This document shows positions 52,666-63,766 of a DNA stretch of 64,000 nucleotides, in pieces. Each line of letters starts with the position of its first letter. Positions within the stretch are counted from its first letter, which is position 1. The DNA comes from an uncultured Planctomycetaceae bacterium (GTDB taxonomy: Bacteria; Planctomycetota; Planctomycetia; Isosphaerales; Isosphaeraceae): contig CAWIAD010000002.1 of assembly GCA_963833985.1 (NCBI GenBank), positions 6,464,001 through 6,528,000 of the forward strand, in the 5' to 3' direction. The position numbers and the translations under genes were made by a program. The notes below the pieces were generated by a model. It worked only from the letters and a program-made list of their open reading frames with translations, had not been told where the DNA came from and ran no database searches.

Positions 52666-53552
52666 AGCTGGACGGCGGAGAGAGACTGGTCCTCTCGACC
52701 CTGCGCGACTTGGAGGGACGCTCCACGAAGTACGTGGACGACGTCCACCTCGCAGCCGCCACGGGAATGCTGGTGGAGGAGGTGCGCGACTGGCTGGAGA
52801 CACTCGACGGCAAGGGGTTCGTGGAACGGGCCCGGACGATCCATGGCATCAGCGCCTACATCACGGCCATGGGCAGACAGGCCTTGAGGCTGGCAGAGCC
52901 GATACCCCCTGCGGGGTCTGCCGCGCCAAACGCACAGCGGACCCTTCTTATCCTGGCGGCGAACCCCAGCAACACAGGGCGGCTCCGGCTCGACCACGAA
53001 GTCAAGCAGATCGAAGGTTCGCTCGAACGATCGAAGCTACGCGATCAGTTCAAGCTGGTGGTGAAGTGGGCCGTGACGGACGACGATCTGCGCAGGGCTT
53101 TGCTCGACCACAAGCCCGAGATCGTGCACTTTTCGGGACACGGCGCGGGGACCGGCGAGGGTGGCTCGGGACGTGACTTTGTGACCGGCCCGGAGAACCA
53201 GCCGGGTGGACTCGCATTCGACGATGGCACCGGCCAGGTCAAACGGATCTCGGGAGAGGCCCTCGCCGCGCACTTCGAGCTGTGCGCTGATCCGGTCAAG
53301 TGCGTGGTGCTGAACGCCTGCTATTCGGGAGCACAGGCGGAAGCCATCGCCCGATACGTCGACTTCGTGATCGGGATGGACCGTGCGATCGGGGACGATG
53401 CGGCGATCAAGTTTGCGGTCGGCTTCTATGACGCGCTGGGTGCGGGTCGCGGTTTTGAGCAGGCGTTCAGGTACGGGTGCAATGCCATCGACCTCAAGGG
53501 CATCCCGGAATCTCTGACGCCCGTCCTGAAACAGAAGCCGTCACCGGCGTGA
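52662..53552 (+). CDS. Winged-helix plus CHAT (caspase-like) domain protein
   Basis: N-terminal wHTH-like region; ILAANP....LRLD.E, HFSGHG, VVLNACYS, VIGM...I.D..A..FA.GFY.AL. Confidence 0.8.
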   Translation: MKLDGGERLVLSTLRDLEGRSTKYVDDVHLAAATGMLVEEVRDWLETLDGKGFVERARTIHGISAYITAMGRQALRLAEPIPPAGSAAPNAQRTLLILAANPSNTGRLRLDHEVKQIEGSLERSKLRDQFKLVVKWAVTDDDLRRALLDHKPEIVHFSGHGAGTGEGGSGRDFVTGPENQPGGLAFDDGTGQVKRISGEALAAHFELCADPVKCVVLNACYSGAQAEAIARYVDFVIGMDRAIGDDAAIKFAVGFYDALGAGRGFEQAFRYGCNAIDLKGIPESLTPVLKQKPSPA

Positions 53553-53858
53553 GAGCGCCCCTCTGCCGCGTGCACCGATACCCGTTGGATCGGGGCGCGT
53601 CTCCGTCACAGTCTCGACCCTCTCGCGCGACCGGTCCAGCCGGAAGAATGGTGATGAGGCGGCGAGAAGACCTGGCCCGAATTCGAATCGTCGCCGCCGG
53701 GCTCACGGCTGGAATTCGCGCGCGCCAGGTCCGATGATGAAGCGTGCCAGGGGTCCCTCGTCCTGGCGGCGAGCTCAGGCAGCCAGCAAGGGATGCGATG
53801 CGGTGACAGGGATGGAACAACGATCCGACAGCCGACACGGGTTCGGAAAGGGGCGGGA

Positions 53859-54631
53859 ATGGCGAGCGTCGAGGAAACACGAGGACAGGTCGCCCGGCTC
53901 ATGACCGGCGCCGCGGGCGTGGAAATCAAGGCCACCATCCCGGAGAAACAGGTCGACGTCGCGATCGAGGCCTATGGCCTGAGCCTCGATCAGGCCGAGC
54001 GGTATGTTTATTTCTTCGATACGCCGGACCTGGAGCTGTTTGCAACCGGCGTGATCGCGCGCGCCGGCGCGTGGTGGGGGCACAGCACGACAGCACGATC
54101 AAGTTCCGCCCCGTCGATCCGGCCACCGTGCCGGCGCTCTGGCGCAAGTACAGCGGGTTCAAGATCGAGGCGGATTGCTCCGAGAAAGGGGTCGTCAAGT
54201 CGGCCTCGCTCACCATGCCCGTGGTCAAGGGCCTCATCAAGCGGGTGGCGGCCGGCAAGAACCCCATCGCCGACCTGTTCACGGAGGAGCAGCTTCTCTT
54301 CCTGCTCAGCCTGGCGAGCAAGAAGATTGATTATTCCCGGGTGGTGGTGATGGGCCCGATGCGCGCCTGGAGATGGAAGTACAACGATCCGGGCCTGCCC
54401 TGGACGATCACCGGCGAGCTCTGGCGGCGCGACGATGGGTCCCGGCTGTTCGAGGTGTCCATCAAGGTCCCGGTCGCCCAGGCCGCGGCCGCCAGCGCCG
54501 GGTTCATGGCGTTCCTGGCCGAGGTCGGGGCCGAGCGCGACGCCGGACAGCAAGCCAAGACGCGCTGGGCGCTGGACCATTTCGCTCACAGTCATCTCGC
54601 ACTTCCAGCAGCGAGCCCGCGGGAAGTCTAG
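53859..54631 (+). CDS. CYTH / adenylate-cyclase-like superfamily protein; frameshift near 54063
   Basis: VEIKAT, VYFFDTPDL.L...GVI.RAR, DSTIK.RP, ELW, EVSIK, KTR.AL. Confidence 0.7.
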
Positions 54632-54806
54632 CCGCCTTCTGCCGCAAATTCCAGGGACGCAGCTTCTCAAATCAGACCAGGGTCGGGTGGCGCGACCAGC
54701 CTTTGTGCAAACCGAGCTTGACGGAATCAGCCCCCTGGGCCAAGATACCTACCGTTCGGTAGCGTGTGCCGCATTCACAGGTCACTGGCGCCGGCAAGCG
54801 GGGTAG

Positions 54807-55445
54807 GTGAACGTGGGATCGCTCGTCTCGACCGTGGGCGGCAAGAACGTACGAAGCCCCGTGGCGCGGCATATCGCGCGTGTCGCGGCACGTCTGTTCG
54901 CGACGCAAGGGTATGATGCCACTTCGGTAAGGGAAATTGTTGAAGGCGCTGGAGTGGCCAAGCCCACGCTCTACTACTACTATCGCAGCAAGGAGGGGCT
55001 GGCCCGCGCGCTGGTGACCCTGCCGCTGGCGGAGCTGGTCGAGGAGCTGCGTCGGATCGTCACGACCGAGGCCGACGCGGTGCGCTGCCTCGAGCAGGTC
55101 ATGGAAGCCCATTTTGCGTTCTGCCGCGAGGATCCGGACCGCTCGCGGTTCGTGTACGCGCTGATCTTCGGCCCGCCGGGATCATCGGCGGCGCACGAGC
55201 TGGAGCCGTGCAAGGAGGACCTCTTTCGCTGGACGGAGGCGGCCGTACGGCGGGTCATCGATGCGGGCGTCGCGCGGCGCGATCGGCTGGAGGCCTGCCT
55301 GACCGTCTGTCGCGGGCTCATCGTCGTCACGACGCTCGACTTTCTGTACGGAGGCAGACCCATTGCGGAAAACCTCGCGCACCTGCTGGTTCGAGACGTG
55401 TTGCAGGGCTTTGGCACAGGTGGACCCAATGACGAGGTGCAATGA
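54807..55445 (+). CDS. TetR/AcrR family regulator
   Basis: AARLFATQGYDATSVREIVEGAGVAKPTLYYYYRSKEGL. Confidence 0.93.
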   Translation: MNVGSLVSTVGGKNVRSPVARHIARVAARLFATQGYDATSVREIVEGAGVAKPTLYYYYRSKEGLARALVTLPLAELVEELRRIVTTEADAVRCLEQVMEAHFAFCREDPDRSRFVYALIFGPPGSSAAHELEPCKEDLFRWTEAAVRRVIDAGVARRDRLEACLTVCRGLIVVTTLDFLYGGRPIAENLAHLLVRDVLQGFGTGGPNDEVQ

Positions 55446-55449
55446 ATCG

Positions 55450-56777
55450 ATGAGACGATACGCCAGCTTCCTCATCGTGGCGGGCCTGGCGTCCGCCACC
55501 GCGGCCCTACCGGGCTGCGCACGGCCGAGGCCCAGCCATCGAGCAAGGCCCCCGCGGCAGCACGCGTGGTGCCGGTCACCGTGGCGGCCCTGGAGCAGCG
55601 CACGGTGGAGCGGACCATCGACGTTGTCGGCAGCCTGCGCGGCTGGGAACAGGTGACCATCGGCGCGAAACGCTCCGGCCGCGTGCGCAAGGTGTTGCAC
55701 GACATGGGCGACCATGTGAAGCCCGGCGAGCCGCTGGTGGAGATGGAATCGGTGGACGCCAAGCTTGCCTACGACCAGGCGCAGTCGAGATACCTGGGCG
55801 AGCTGGTGAAACTGGGCATCACCGAGCAGCAGGCCGACCAGTTCGTCGAGCGTTACGGGATCTCCGAGGAGCTGATCCGGGGCAAGCAGGCTGATGACGC
55901 GATTGACCGCGTTCCCGCCGTGGTGCAGGTCCTTGTCAGCAAGGACAAGGCTCTGCATTACCTGAACCGCCAGCGGGCGCTCTCCAAGAAGGGTGCCAGC
56001 ACCGTTCAGGAGCTGGAGGACTGCGAGAACGAGTACCGCTCGGCGTCGGCCGCGTACGATAATGCCCGGGCGACGGCCCGCAACATCATTGCCAGCGCGG
56101 TGGCCAGCCGCGTGGCCCGCGACCAGGCGAAAGAAACTCTGGCCGACATGGTTGCCCGGGTTCCCTCGCCGCATCGAACGCCGCCGGGCGCCAGCCAGGC
56201 CGATGCGCTGGTCTACGCCATGACCAAACGCTCCGTTTCCGAAGGACAGATGGTACGCGAGGGTGAAGCGCTCTGCGAGCTGATCATCGAGAACCCCCTG
56301 CGTCTCTGGACGAGCATTCCGGAACGCTACGGCGAGGAGGTGCGGCTTGGCCAGCAGGTGCGGATCTCGATCGCGTCGCAGCCGGACCTCGTCTTCGATG
56401 GGAAGATCACGCGCATCAACCCTTCGGTCGATCCCGTGAGCCGGACCTTCCAGGTGGAAAGCCAGGTCCCCAACGACCGGCGGCTGCTCCGCGCGGGTGG
56501 ATTCGCCAAGGCCACGATCGTGATCGACGCGACGTCCCATGCGACCGTCGCCCCGATGGAGTCGATCGTCCGCTTCGCCGGCGTGACCAAGCTGTTCTAC
56601 GTCGAGAGCGGCAAGGCTCACACCGTCGGCGACATCGTCACCGGCGTGGAAGGGCCTGGCTGGGTGGAGGTGAAAAGCAAGAACCTGCCGGCGGCGGCCA
56701 TGGTCGTCATCACCGGCCAGACGCAGCTTGCCGAGGGAACTCCGGTTCTGGTGCGCACGCCGGAGGCCGCCAGGTAG
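55450..56777 (+). CDS. RND efflux periplasmic adaptor (lipoprotein); frameshift near 55520-55560
   Basis: Lipobox ALPGC in the first frame; G.V.....DMGD.VK.G, G.ITRINP.VD..SRTF.V, L..G.F. Confidence 0.88.
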
Positions 56778-56842
56778 CCTCCGGGAACGCCGCGCGTCAC
56801 TCCACCGGCCGCTGAGCACAGCCCACTCTCACAGGGATTCCC

Positions 56843-59800
56843 ATGACCCTATCCGATCTCTGTATCAACCGGCCCGTCTTCACCTGGGTGCTCGTGGCCA
56901 TTCCCGTCGTCATGGGCCTGGTCTCGTACAACGAGCTGGGGGTGGATCTCTTCCCGGACGTGGATTTCCCGGTGTGCACCGTGACCACCGTGTTGCCGGG
57001 GGCCAGCGTCGAGGAGATGGAGACGACCGTCAGCAAGCCCATCGAGGACATCATCAATACGGTCGCGGGCATCGACGAGCTGCGCTCGATCACGCAGGAA
57101 GGCGTGTCCATCGTCACGGTGCAGTTCTTGCTCTCGAAGAACGGCGACGTCGGCACGCAGGAAGTGCGCGACAAGGTGAATTCCATCCTTTCGGACCTGC
57201 CCGATGGCACGAAGCCGCCGAACGTCGACAAGTTCGACACCGGCTCGATGCCCGTCATGACCATCGCCGTCTCCGGCAGGCGCGACTTCCGGGAAGTCAC
57301 GGAGATCGCACGCAAGCAGATCAAGGAGCGGCTCGAGACCGTGCCGGGCGTAGGCGCGATCAACCTGGTCGGCGGCCGGGTCCGGGCCATGAACGTCGTG
57401 GTTGATACGGACCGTCTGGCCGGCTACAACCTGTCGGTCGAGGACGTGCGGCTCGCTCTGGTGCGGCAGAACCTCGAGGTGCCCGGCGGCCGCGTCGACC
57501 AGGGCTCGCGTGAGCTGGTCCTGCGCACCCTGGGCCGTCTTAGGACCGAGCGCGAGTTCAATAACCTGATCGTTGCCAACCGCAACGGCTATCCCGTTCG
57601 CGTACGCGACATCGGCCATGCCGCCGACTCCAGCGAGGAGCCGCGCACGCTGGCGCGGCTGGACGGCGACGGCGCAGTCAGCCTGGTGGTGCAGAAGCAG
57701 TCGGGCGTGAACACCGTGAAGGTGGTCGACGACGTCAAGAACCGGCTCGAGCAGCTCAGGGCGGCGCTGCCGCCGGACATCGCCACCGAGATCATCCGCG
57801 ATCAGTCGCGGTTCATCAAGAAATCGATCGAGGAGGTGAAGTTTCACCTCCTGCTTGCCGGCGTGCTGGTCTCGGCCACCATCCTGCTGTTCATCAGAGA
57901 CTGGCGCACCACGCTCATCGCCACCATGGCCATCCCCACGTCCATCGTCCCAACCTTCATGTTCATGAAGTACATGGGGTTCACGCTGAACAACATCACC
58001 ATGCTCGGGCTGATCCTGGCCATCGGCATCGTCATCGACGACGCCGTGGTGGTGCATGAGAACATCTTCCGGCACATGGAAGAGGACGGCATGGACGGCA
58101 TGGAAGCCTCACGCAAGGGCACGCGTGAGATCGCCCTGGCGGTGCTGGCCACCAGCCTCTCCCTGATCGTCATCTTCCTGCCGATCGCGTTCATGGGGGG
58201 AATCGTCGGCCGCTTCTTCTCAAGCTTCGGGCTCACCGTCGCCTTCGCCGTGGCGATGAGCCTGTTCGTCTCGTTCACGCTCACGCCCATGCTCTGTAGC
58301 CGGTTCCTCAAGCTCGAGCCGGCCGGGCCGGGCGGGGGCCACGGGCCAAAATCCAAGTCCGGGTTCATCTACCGTTTCATCGACGGCGGCTACGGCTGGC
58401 TCCTCCGGGGCGCCTTGCGATTCAAGTTCGCGGTGGTGCTCTCGACCATCGCGGTGATCGCCAGCACGGTGCCGATCGGCAAGGCCATGGGACTGTCGCT
58501 CATCCCGCGCGACGACCAGAGCGAGTACGAGATCACGATCACCACTCCTGAGGGCTACAGCCTGGAACGGTCCTCCCGGCTCATGAGCGAGCTGGAGGCG
58601 CGGATCTGGAAGCTGAAAGGCACGCAGCATGTCTTCACCACCATCGGCCAGACCGAGGGCGGACGCACGGTCAAGGGCGAAGGAGATGTCACGCGGGCGA
58701 CGATTTACGTGCGGATGACCGAACTGGAGGACCGCAAGTACACACAGTTCGCCGTGCAGCAGCAAGCGCGTGATCTCATGACCGACTATCCCGACCTGCG
58801 GGTGAGCGTCAATGACGTCTCGGCCTTTCAGGGAGGCCGCCGGTCACAGACATTCCAGGTCAATCTGGCCGGACCGGACCTGAACAGGCTCGCTGACTAT
58901 GCCGACCAGTTGACCGCGGAGCTGAAGCGGCAAGGAGGAATCGTTGATCTCGACACGACGCTCTCGCTGCGCAAGCCGGAAGTGCAGGTGCAGGTGGACC
59001 GCGAGGCCGCCAGCGACCTGGGCGTGCCGGTGGGCACCGTGGCCGACACCCTGCGCGTGCTCGTCGGCGGCATGCCCATCTCCAAGTTCCGCGACGGCGA
59101 CCAGCAGTACGACGTCTGGCTCCGCGCCGAGGGGAAAGAGCGCGCCAGCGAGCACGACCTCTACGAGCTCACACTACCGTCGCCGACCGTGGGCCTGGTG
59201 AAGCTGGCCAGCCTGGCACGGCTGGTCGACGAGCGCGGGCCCAGCGAGATCGAGCGTCTGGGCCGCCAGCGCGTGGTGACGGTGCTGGGCAACCCCGAGG
59301 ATATCCCGCTGGGCGACGCGGTCACCCGGGCGGAGAAGGTCCTCAAGGGAATGAACCTGCCGCCCCAGTACAGTTACATCTTCACCGGCCAGGCGAAAAC
59401 GCTGGGCGAGACCGGCTACTACTTCATGATCGCGTTCGCCCTCTCGCTTACCTTTATGTACATGATTCTTGCTGCCCAGTTCGAGAGCTGGATGCAGCCG
59501 ATCGCGATCCTCATGGCCCTGCCTGTCACCATCCCCTTCGGCATGCTCTCGCTGGTGCTCTGGCGGACGCCCATGGACCTGTACGCGATGTTCGGGCTGT
59601 TCATGCTGGTCGGAATCGTCAAGAAGAACGGCATTCTTCAGGTGGACGCCACGAACCAGCTTCGCGCCGGGGAGCGCCGCGCCTCGACGCGATCCTGGAG
59701 GCGAACCACACGCGGCTGCGGCCGATCCTCATGACCACGGTCATGCTGGTGGCGGCCATGGTGCCCATCGCTTTTGGCCAGGGCCCCGGCTCGGGCGCCC

Positions 59801-59994
59801 GCGCCAGCATGGCCAAGGTGATCATAGGTGGCCAGATGCTCTCGCTGGTTCTCGCACTTCTGGTCACGCCCGTGTTCTATGCCTTGCTGGACATGCTGGT
59901 GAACCTGGCCAGGCGGCTGGGCATCAGGTTCAGCGTGCCGGCACGATCGTCCTCTTTACCCCATCCGGCCGCCGAGGCCGGATCGGCCGCGTGA
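56843..59994 (+). CDS. RND efflux permease (AcrB/MdtB-like); frameshift near 59680
   Basis: RPVF, VDLFPDVDFP, GIVIDDAVVVHENI, GIVKKNGIL, RLRPILMTT in the second frame. Confidence 0.93.
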
Positions 59995-60082
59995 CCGGCG
60001 CAGCACGAACGGCGGTCCAGAGTGGCCGCCGCCGGGTCGTGGCTGCAAGAGGTTCCGGGCCAGGCTGGAGCGGGACGGACGG

Positions 60083-60733
60083 TCAGGCCTGCGGAGCACC
60101 CTCGTCGGTGTGCGTCGGCACCACCCAGAGCTTGACCTCGGTCGCGATCTCGAGGGAGAGCTGGATCTTGATGGTGTAAAGTCCCAGGTCCTTGAGAGGG
60201 CCTTCAATGCGGACAGCTTCGTTCTCGATCGGGAAGCCCTCGGAGCGGAGCGCCGCGGCAATCTGGTCGGCGTTCACCGAGCCGTAGAGGTGGCCCTCCT
60301 CGTTGGCGTTGGCCTCGATGGTGAGCGACCGCTGGGCAATCTGGGCGCCCAGGCTTTGCAGGTCGGCCCGGCGCGCCTCTTCCTGCTTCTTGAGCCGCTG
60401 CCTATGCTTCTCGACGATCAGCAGGTTGTGGGGCGTGGCGAAGGTGGCCAGACCCTGGGGAAGCAGGTAGTTGCGGGCGAAACCGGGGCGTACGTTCACC
60501 AGGTCTCCCGCCTGGCCCAGGTGCGGCAGGGCCTGCGTGAGCAGGACGTGGATATGCCCGTTCTTGGCCCGAAGTGGATGGTTCTTGCGCCGCTCCACGC
60601 CGGGTTGCCGCGGCGGACCGGCCGCGACCTGCTTCGATTTGTGCGTCTCGCCCGACTTACCGCCGCTCTTGCCCTTGGAGGAGGATGCCTTGGCGGCTGG
60701 AGAGGCTCCCGGGGCTTTACTGGTCTTGGCCAT
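60083..60733 (-). CDS. rplI: 50S ribosomal protein L9 with a long basic N-terminal extension
   Basis: LGQAGDLVNVRPGFARNYLLPQGLA, GHLYGSV, PLK.LG.Y. Confidence 0.95.
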   Translation of the reverse strand: MAKTSKAPGASPAAKASSSKGKSGGKSGETHKSKQVAAGPPRQPGVERRKNHPLRAKNGHIHVLLTQALPHLGQAGDLVNVRPGFARNYLLPQGLATFATPHNLLIVEKHRQRLKKQEEARRADLQSLGAQIAQRSLTIEANANEEGHLYGSVNADQIAAALRSEGFPIENEAVRIEGPLKDLGLYTIKIQLSLEIATEVKLWVVPTHTDEGAPQA

Positions 60734-60928
60734 GTAAAAGGTTCTTTCTCGAACGTGGCGGCCGGCGAGCAAGGGGTCGCGTGAGAGTGCCGGCTTCCAC
60801 AGCGTCTGTCAAAAACAAGGTCTGATTAAAACGGGTTCTCGCCGCCCGGCCAAGGGGAGCTTTTGTGCGCCGGGTTACTGCCGGGCCGGAAGGTCGGGTC
60901 GGGTGGTGTCGGGTCGACTGCTATGCGG

Positions 60929-61492
60929 TCAGAACGGGATGTCCTCCTCGTCGGCCTCCTCGGGCGCCGGGCGGGGACGAGGACCGGGACCGGGACCGGA
61001 GGACGGATAAGCGGAGCGGCCGGCTCCGTTGCTCGGGCCCCGTGAATCCGCCGCGCCGGTCGGTGCCGGAGTGCCGCGGCGTGGGGCCGGTTCCCGCACT
61101 GCGGACGAGGCACCACCCATCTCGTCGTCTGCCGCGGCAGATTCGCCGCCCTCGCCGCGCCGCGAATCGAGAAACTGCACGCGATCGGCCTGGAGCTTGA
61201 TCTTCGAGCGCTTCTCGCCCGTGGTCTTGTCGTCCCAGGTATCCATCTTGAGGTAGCCTTCCACGTGGACGGCACTCCCCTTGCGGAGATACTGGCAGCA
61301 GGTCTCGGCCTGGCGGTCCCAGACGGTGACGTCGATGAACAGCGTCTCCTCGCGGCGCTCCCCGTCGCGGCCGGACCACGAACGGCTGGTCGCCATGCGC
61401 AGCTCGGTCACCGCCGTACCGCCGGAGGTCCTTCGAAGTTCCGGGTCGAATGTCAGACGACCCATCAGAAACACCTTATTCAAGTCGGGCAT
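60929..61492 (-). CDS. ssb: Single-stranded DNA-binding protein
   Basis: LNKVFLMGRLT.DPELR, YLRKGS.V.VEG.L, C-terminal DIPF. Confidence 0.97.
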   Translation of the reverse strand: MPDLNKVFLMGRLTFDPELRRTSGGTAVTELRMATSRSWSGRDGERREETLFIDVTVWDRQAETCCQYLRKGSAVHVEGYLKMDTWDDKTTGEKRSKIKLQADRVQFLDSRRGEGGESAAADDEMGGASSAVREPAPRRGTPAPTGAADSRGPSNGAGRSAYPSSGPGPGPRPRPAPEEADEEDIPF

Positions 61493-61681
61493 CGCCTGGT
61501 CCCTCTTTCCACCGCCGCCTGGTCAGGGTCTTGCCGCGTGGCCGTCGCACGGCAAGCCGCTTTGAATCTGCGCCCCGCTTCATAAACTAAACGGTTGTTC
61601 CCTAGCTTGCAAGCGCCGTCTCGGCAGATTTTCGGTGAGCATGTGGGTGGGCTTGGCCCGTTGTGCGACGGCTCCGTTGGA

Positions 61682-62092
61682 TCAGTCGTCGCGCCGCCGA
61701 CGGCGCGGGCGATCGTCCATCTCGTCTTCGCGCGGGGCGTCTTCCGACTCGACGTTGGGCGTGGAGGTCATCGCCTGGTTCACGAGCTGCTCTTCCAGCT
61801 TGGGGTGAACCTTGAGGATCAGCTCGCGGAGGATGAGGTCGCTCAGGTGGCAGTCGGCCACGATATCCTTGAGCTTGGAGCCGTCGGTCTTGAAGTAGGT
61901 GAGCAGGTAGGTGGCCTTCTTGTGGCCGGAGATCGGGTAGGCAAGTCGGCGCTCGTCCCACTGACGGCTGGCCACGATCTCGGAATGATGCTTGGTCAGG
62001 ATGTCGTGCACGTGCTTGACCGTGTCGTCCCAGGCGGCGGCCGCCTTGGTGCTGTCAAGCAGGAACATCCCTTCGTACGTGTGCGCTGGCAA
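61682..62092 (-). CDS. rpsF: 30S ribosomal protein S6
   Basis: TTG start with GGAGGA RBS; YEGMFLLD, W.ERRLAYPI, ILR.LI. Confidence 0.93.
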   Translation of the reverse strand: MPAHTYEGMFLLDSTKAAAAWDDTVKHVHDILTKHHSEIVASRQWDERRLAYPISGHKKATYLLTYFKTDGSKLKDIVADCHLSDLILRELILKVHPKLEEQLVNQAMTSTPNVESEDAPREDEMDDRPRRRRRDD

Positions 62093-62156
62093 GTTGGTTG
62101 TCCTCCGTCGGGCTGTTGGATCGGCGGTCACGCCGGGGTAGTGGCTGTTCGGGACA

Positions 62157-62729
62157 TTACTTCGGGTTGCCGGGGCCATTGAAACGGTTCATGGTGGTGT
62201 CGATTCCCTGGATGACCCAGACGGCGACCGCCTGGCTGGCGAGGATCAGGCTGTCATCGATCACGGCACGCTCGGGATTGCGAAAGCGGCTGAGCACGAA
62301 ATCAACGGCGTCGGCTTCACCCTGGTCGCCGATGCCGATCCGCAGCCTGGGAAACTGATCGGTGCCCAGGTGGGCCGCGATGTCGCGGAGGCCTTTCTGG
62401 CCGCCGTCGGACCCGCCGGGACGGATCCGGAGCTTTCCCAGGGGCAGGCTCAGGTCATCGCAGATGACCAGGATCTCGTGAGTCTCCAGCTTGTAGAAGC
62501 GGACCACCTGGCCGACCGAGCGCCCGCTCAGGTTCATGAACGTTTCGGGCTTGAGCAACAGGACGCGGCGGAAGTCGATCTCCGTCTCGGCTAGTTGCCC
62601 CTCGAATTTGCGGCTGAAGCTGGCACCGGGGCCGCCGGCGGCGAGCCGGTCCACCAGCTCGAAGCCGATGTTGTGTCGCGTTCCCTGGTACTTGGTTCCT
62701 GGATTGCCAAGACCGACCACCAGTTTCAA
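62157..62729 (-). CDS. pth: Peptidyl-tRNA hydrolase (start uncertain, up to 62768)
   Basis: KLVVGLGNPG..Y..TRHNIGF, KPETFMNLSG, DD..LPLG, GGS.GG..G, FVLS.F. Confidence 0.96.
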   Translation of the reverse strand: MKLVVGLGNPGTKYQGTRHNIGFELVDRLAAGGPGASFSRKFEGQLAETEIDFRRVLLLKPETFMNLSGRSVGQVVRFYKLETHEILVICDDLSLPLGKLRIRPGGSDGGQKGLRDIAAHLGTDQFPRLRIGIGDQGEADAVDFVLSRFRNPERAVIDDSLILASQAVAVWVIQGIDTTMNRFNGPGNPK

Positions 62730-62840
62730 CGTTGCCAAGGCAGTCGCTTCCGGCTTGAAGAAGACCACGGGCGCGACGGCGGAGAAATGCGTCCCGACCT
62801 CCAGGGCCGGATGCGTTTCCCTCCGAACCGCCCGCGGGGG

Positions 62841-63500
62841 TCAGTCGCCCTTTTCTTTTTCCTTGCGTTCCGGCTTGATGACTTCCGGCTGGGTTGCGGC
62901 CTCTCCCGCGGCCGCCTCGGCGGACGGCTCGGGCGCAGCGCCGCGCTGCACCACGTGGATGAGCAGCAGGTCGTCCTCGGCATCGACCTTCACGCCCGCG
63001 GGCAGCGTCAGATCGCGCACGTAAATTCCCTGGTCGATGTTGAGCTGACTGACGTCCACCTTGAGCGACCCGGGAATTGCCCCGGCCGGGCACTTGATGG
63101 ACAGCGCGTGCACCAGTTGCTCGAGGATGCCCCCTTCGGCCAAACCCGGAGCTAGCCCGCGGATTTCGAGATTGACCTCGGTCTCGATCTCCTCTTCGGC
63201 GCTGACGCGGGCGAAGTCGAGGTGGAGGATCTCCTTGCCCAGGTGGTCCCACTGCACGTCGCGGATGAGCACCGTTTCCACCTTGTCGCCCAGGTCCAGC
63301 TCAGCCAGGTGGCTGGCGGCCTTCATCATGTGCCAGACGTCGTCATGCGAGAGCGTGATCGGCACGACGTCCTGCTTGTGCCCGTAGATTACAGCCGGAA
63401 CACGGCCCTGCTGGCGCAGCCGGCGGGCCACCCGCGTGCCCGTTCCCTTGTTCTTCGCCGGGTCTCGCGGCTGGACCCGGATCTTCAGTGCTTCCGCCAT
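62841..63500 (-). CDS. rplY: 50S ribosomal protein L25 / Ctc
   Basis: ARRLR..G.VPAVIYG, VLIRDVQ, ILHLDF, GG.LEQ, IP..L.VDVS.L. Confidence 0.95.
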   Translation of the reverse strand: MAEALKIRVQPRDPAKNKGTGTRVARRLRQQGRVPAVIYGHKQDVVPITLSHDDVWHMMKAASHLAELDLGDKVETVLIRDVQWDHLGKEILHLDFARVSAEEEIETEVNLEIRGLAPGLAEGGILEQLVHALSIKCPAGAIPGSLKVDVSQLNIDQGIYVRDLTLPAGVKVDAEDDLLLIHVVQRGAAPEPSAEAAAGEAATQPEVIKPERKEKEKGD

Positions 63501-63766
63501 CGGTCAATGATCCTCGACGGCCCCGCGGAGGCGAGACGCGCTCGAAATTGAAAGCCTGTGCGAGGCCACCTCGGCCTGCACGCACGGCCCGGGAACCGGC
63601 CATTCACCAGAACGTAGCCGGCCCCGCGGCCTTGCAACATCAAAACGACGGCCCCGGAGACCGCGCAAAACGCAATTATGCGAGTTTTCCCACCGCACTT
63701 CAAGACATTGTCTCGCCAGGGGCGGGGCTGGGGTGTAAGACGCGGTTCGCGCCGCCCGAGGCCGGT

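Noticed and set aside
60734..60928. Hidden rpsR or other small ORF between ssb and rplI
   Set aside because: No S18-like sequence and no convincing start or RBS on the minus strand.
60975..61002. Short GGGACC tandem repeat
   Set aside because: It encodes the Gly-Pro linker of SSB and is ordinary low-complexity coding sequence.
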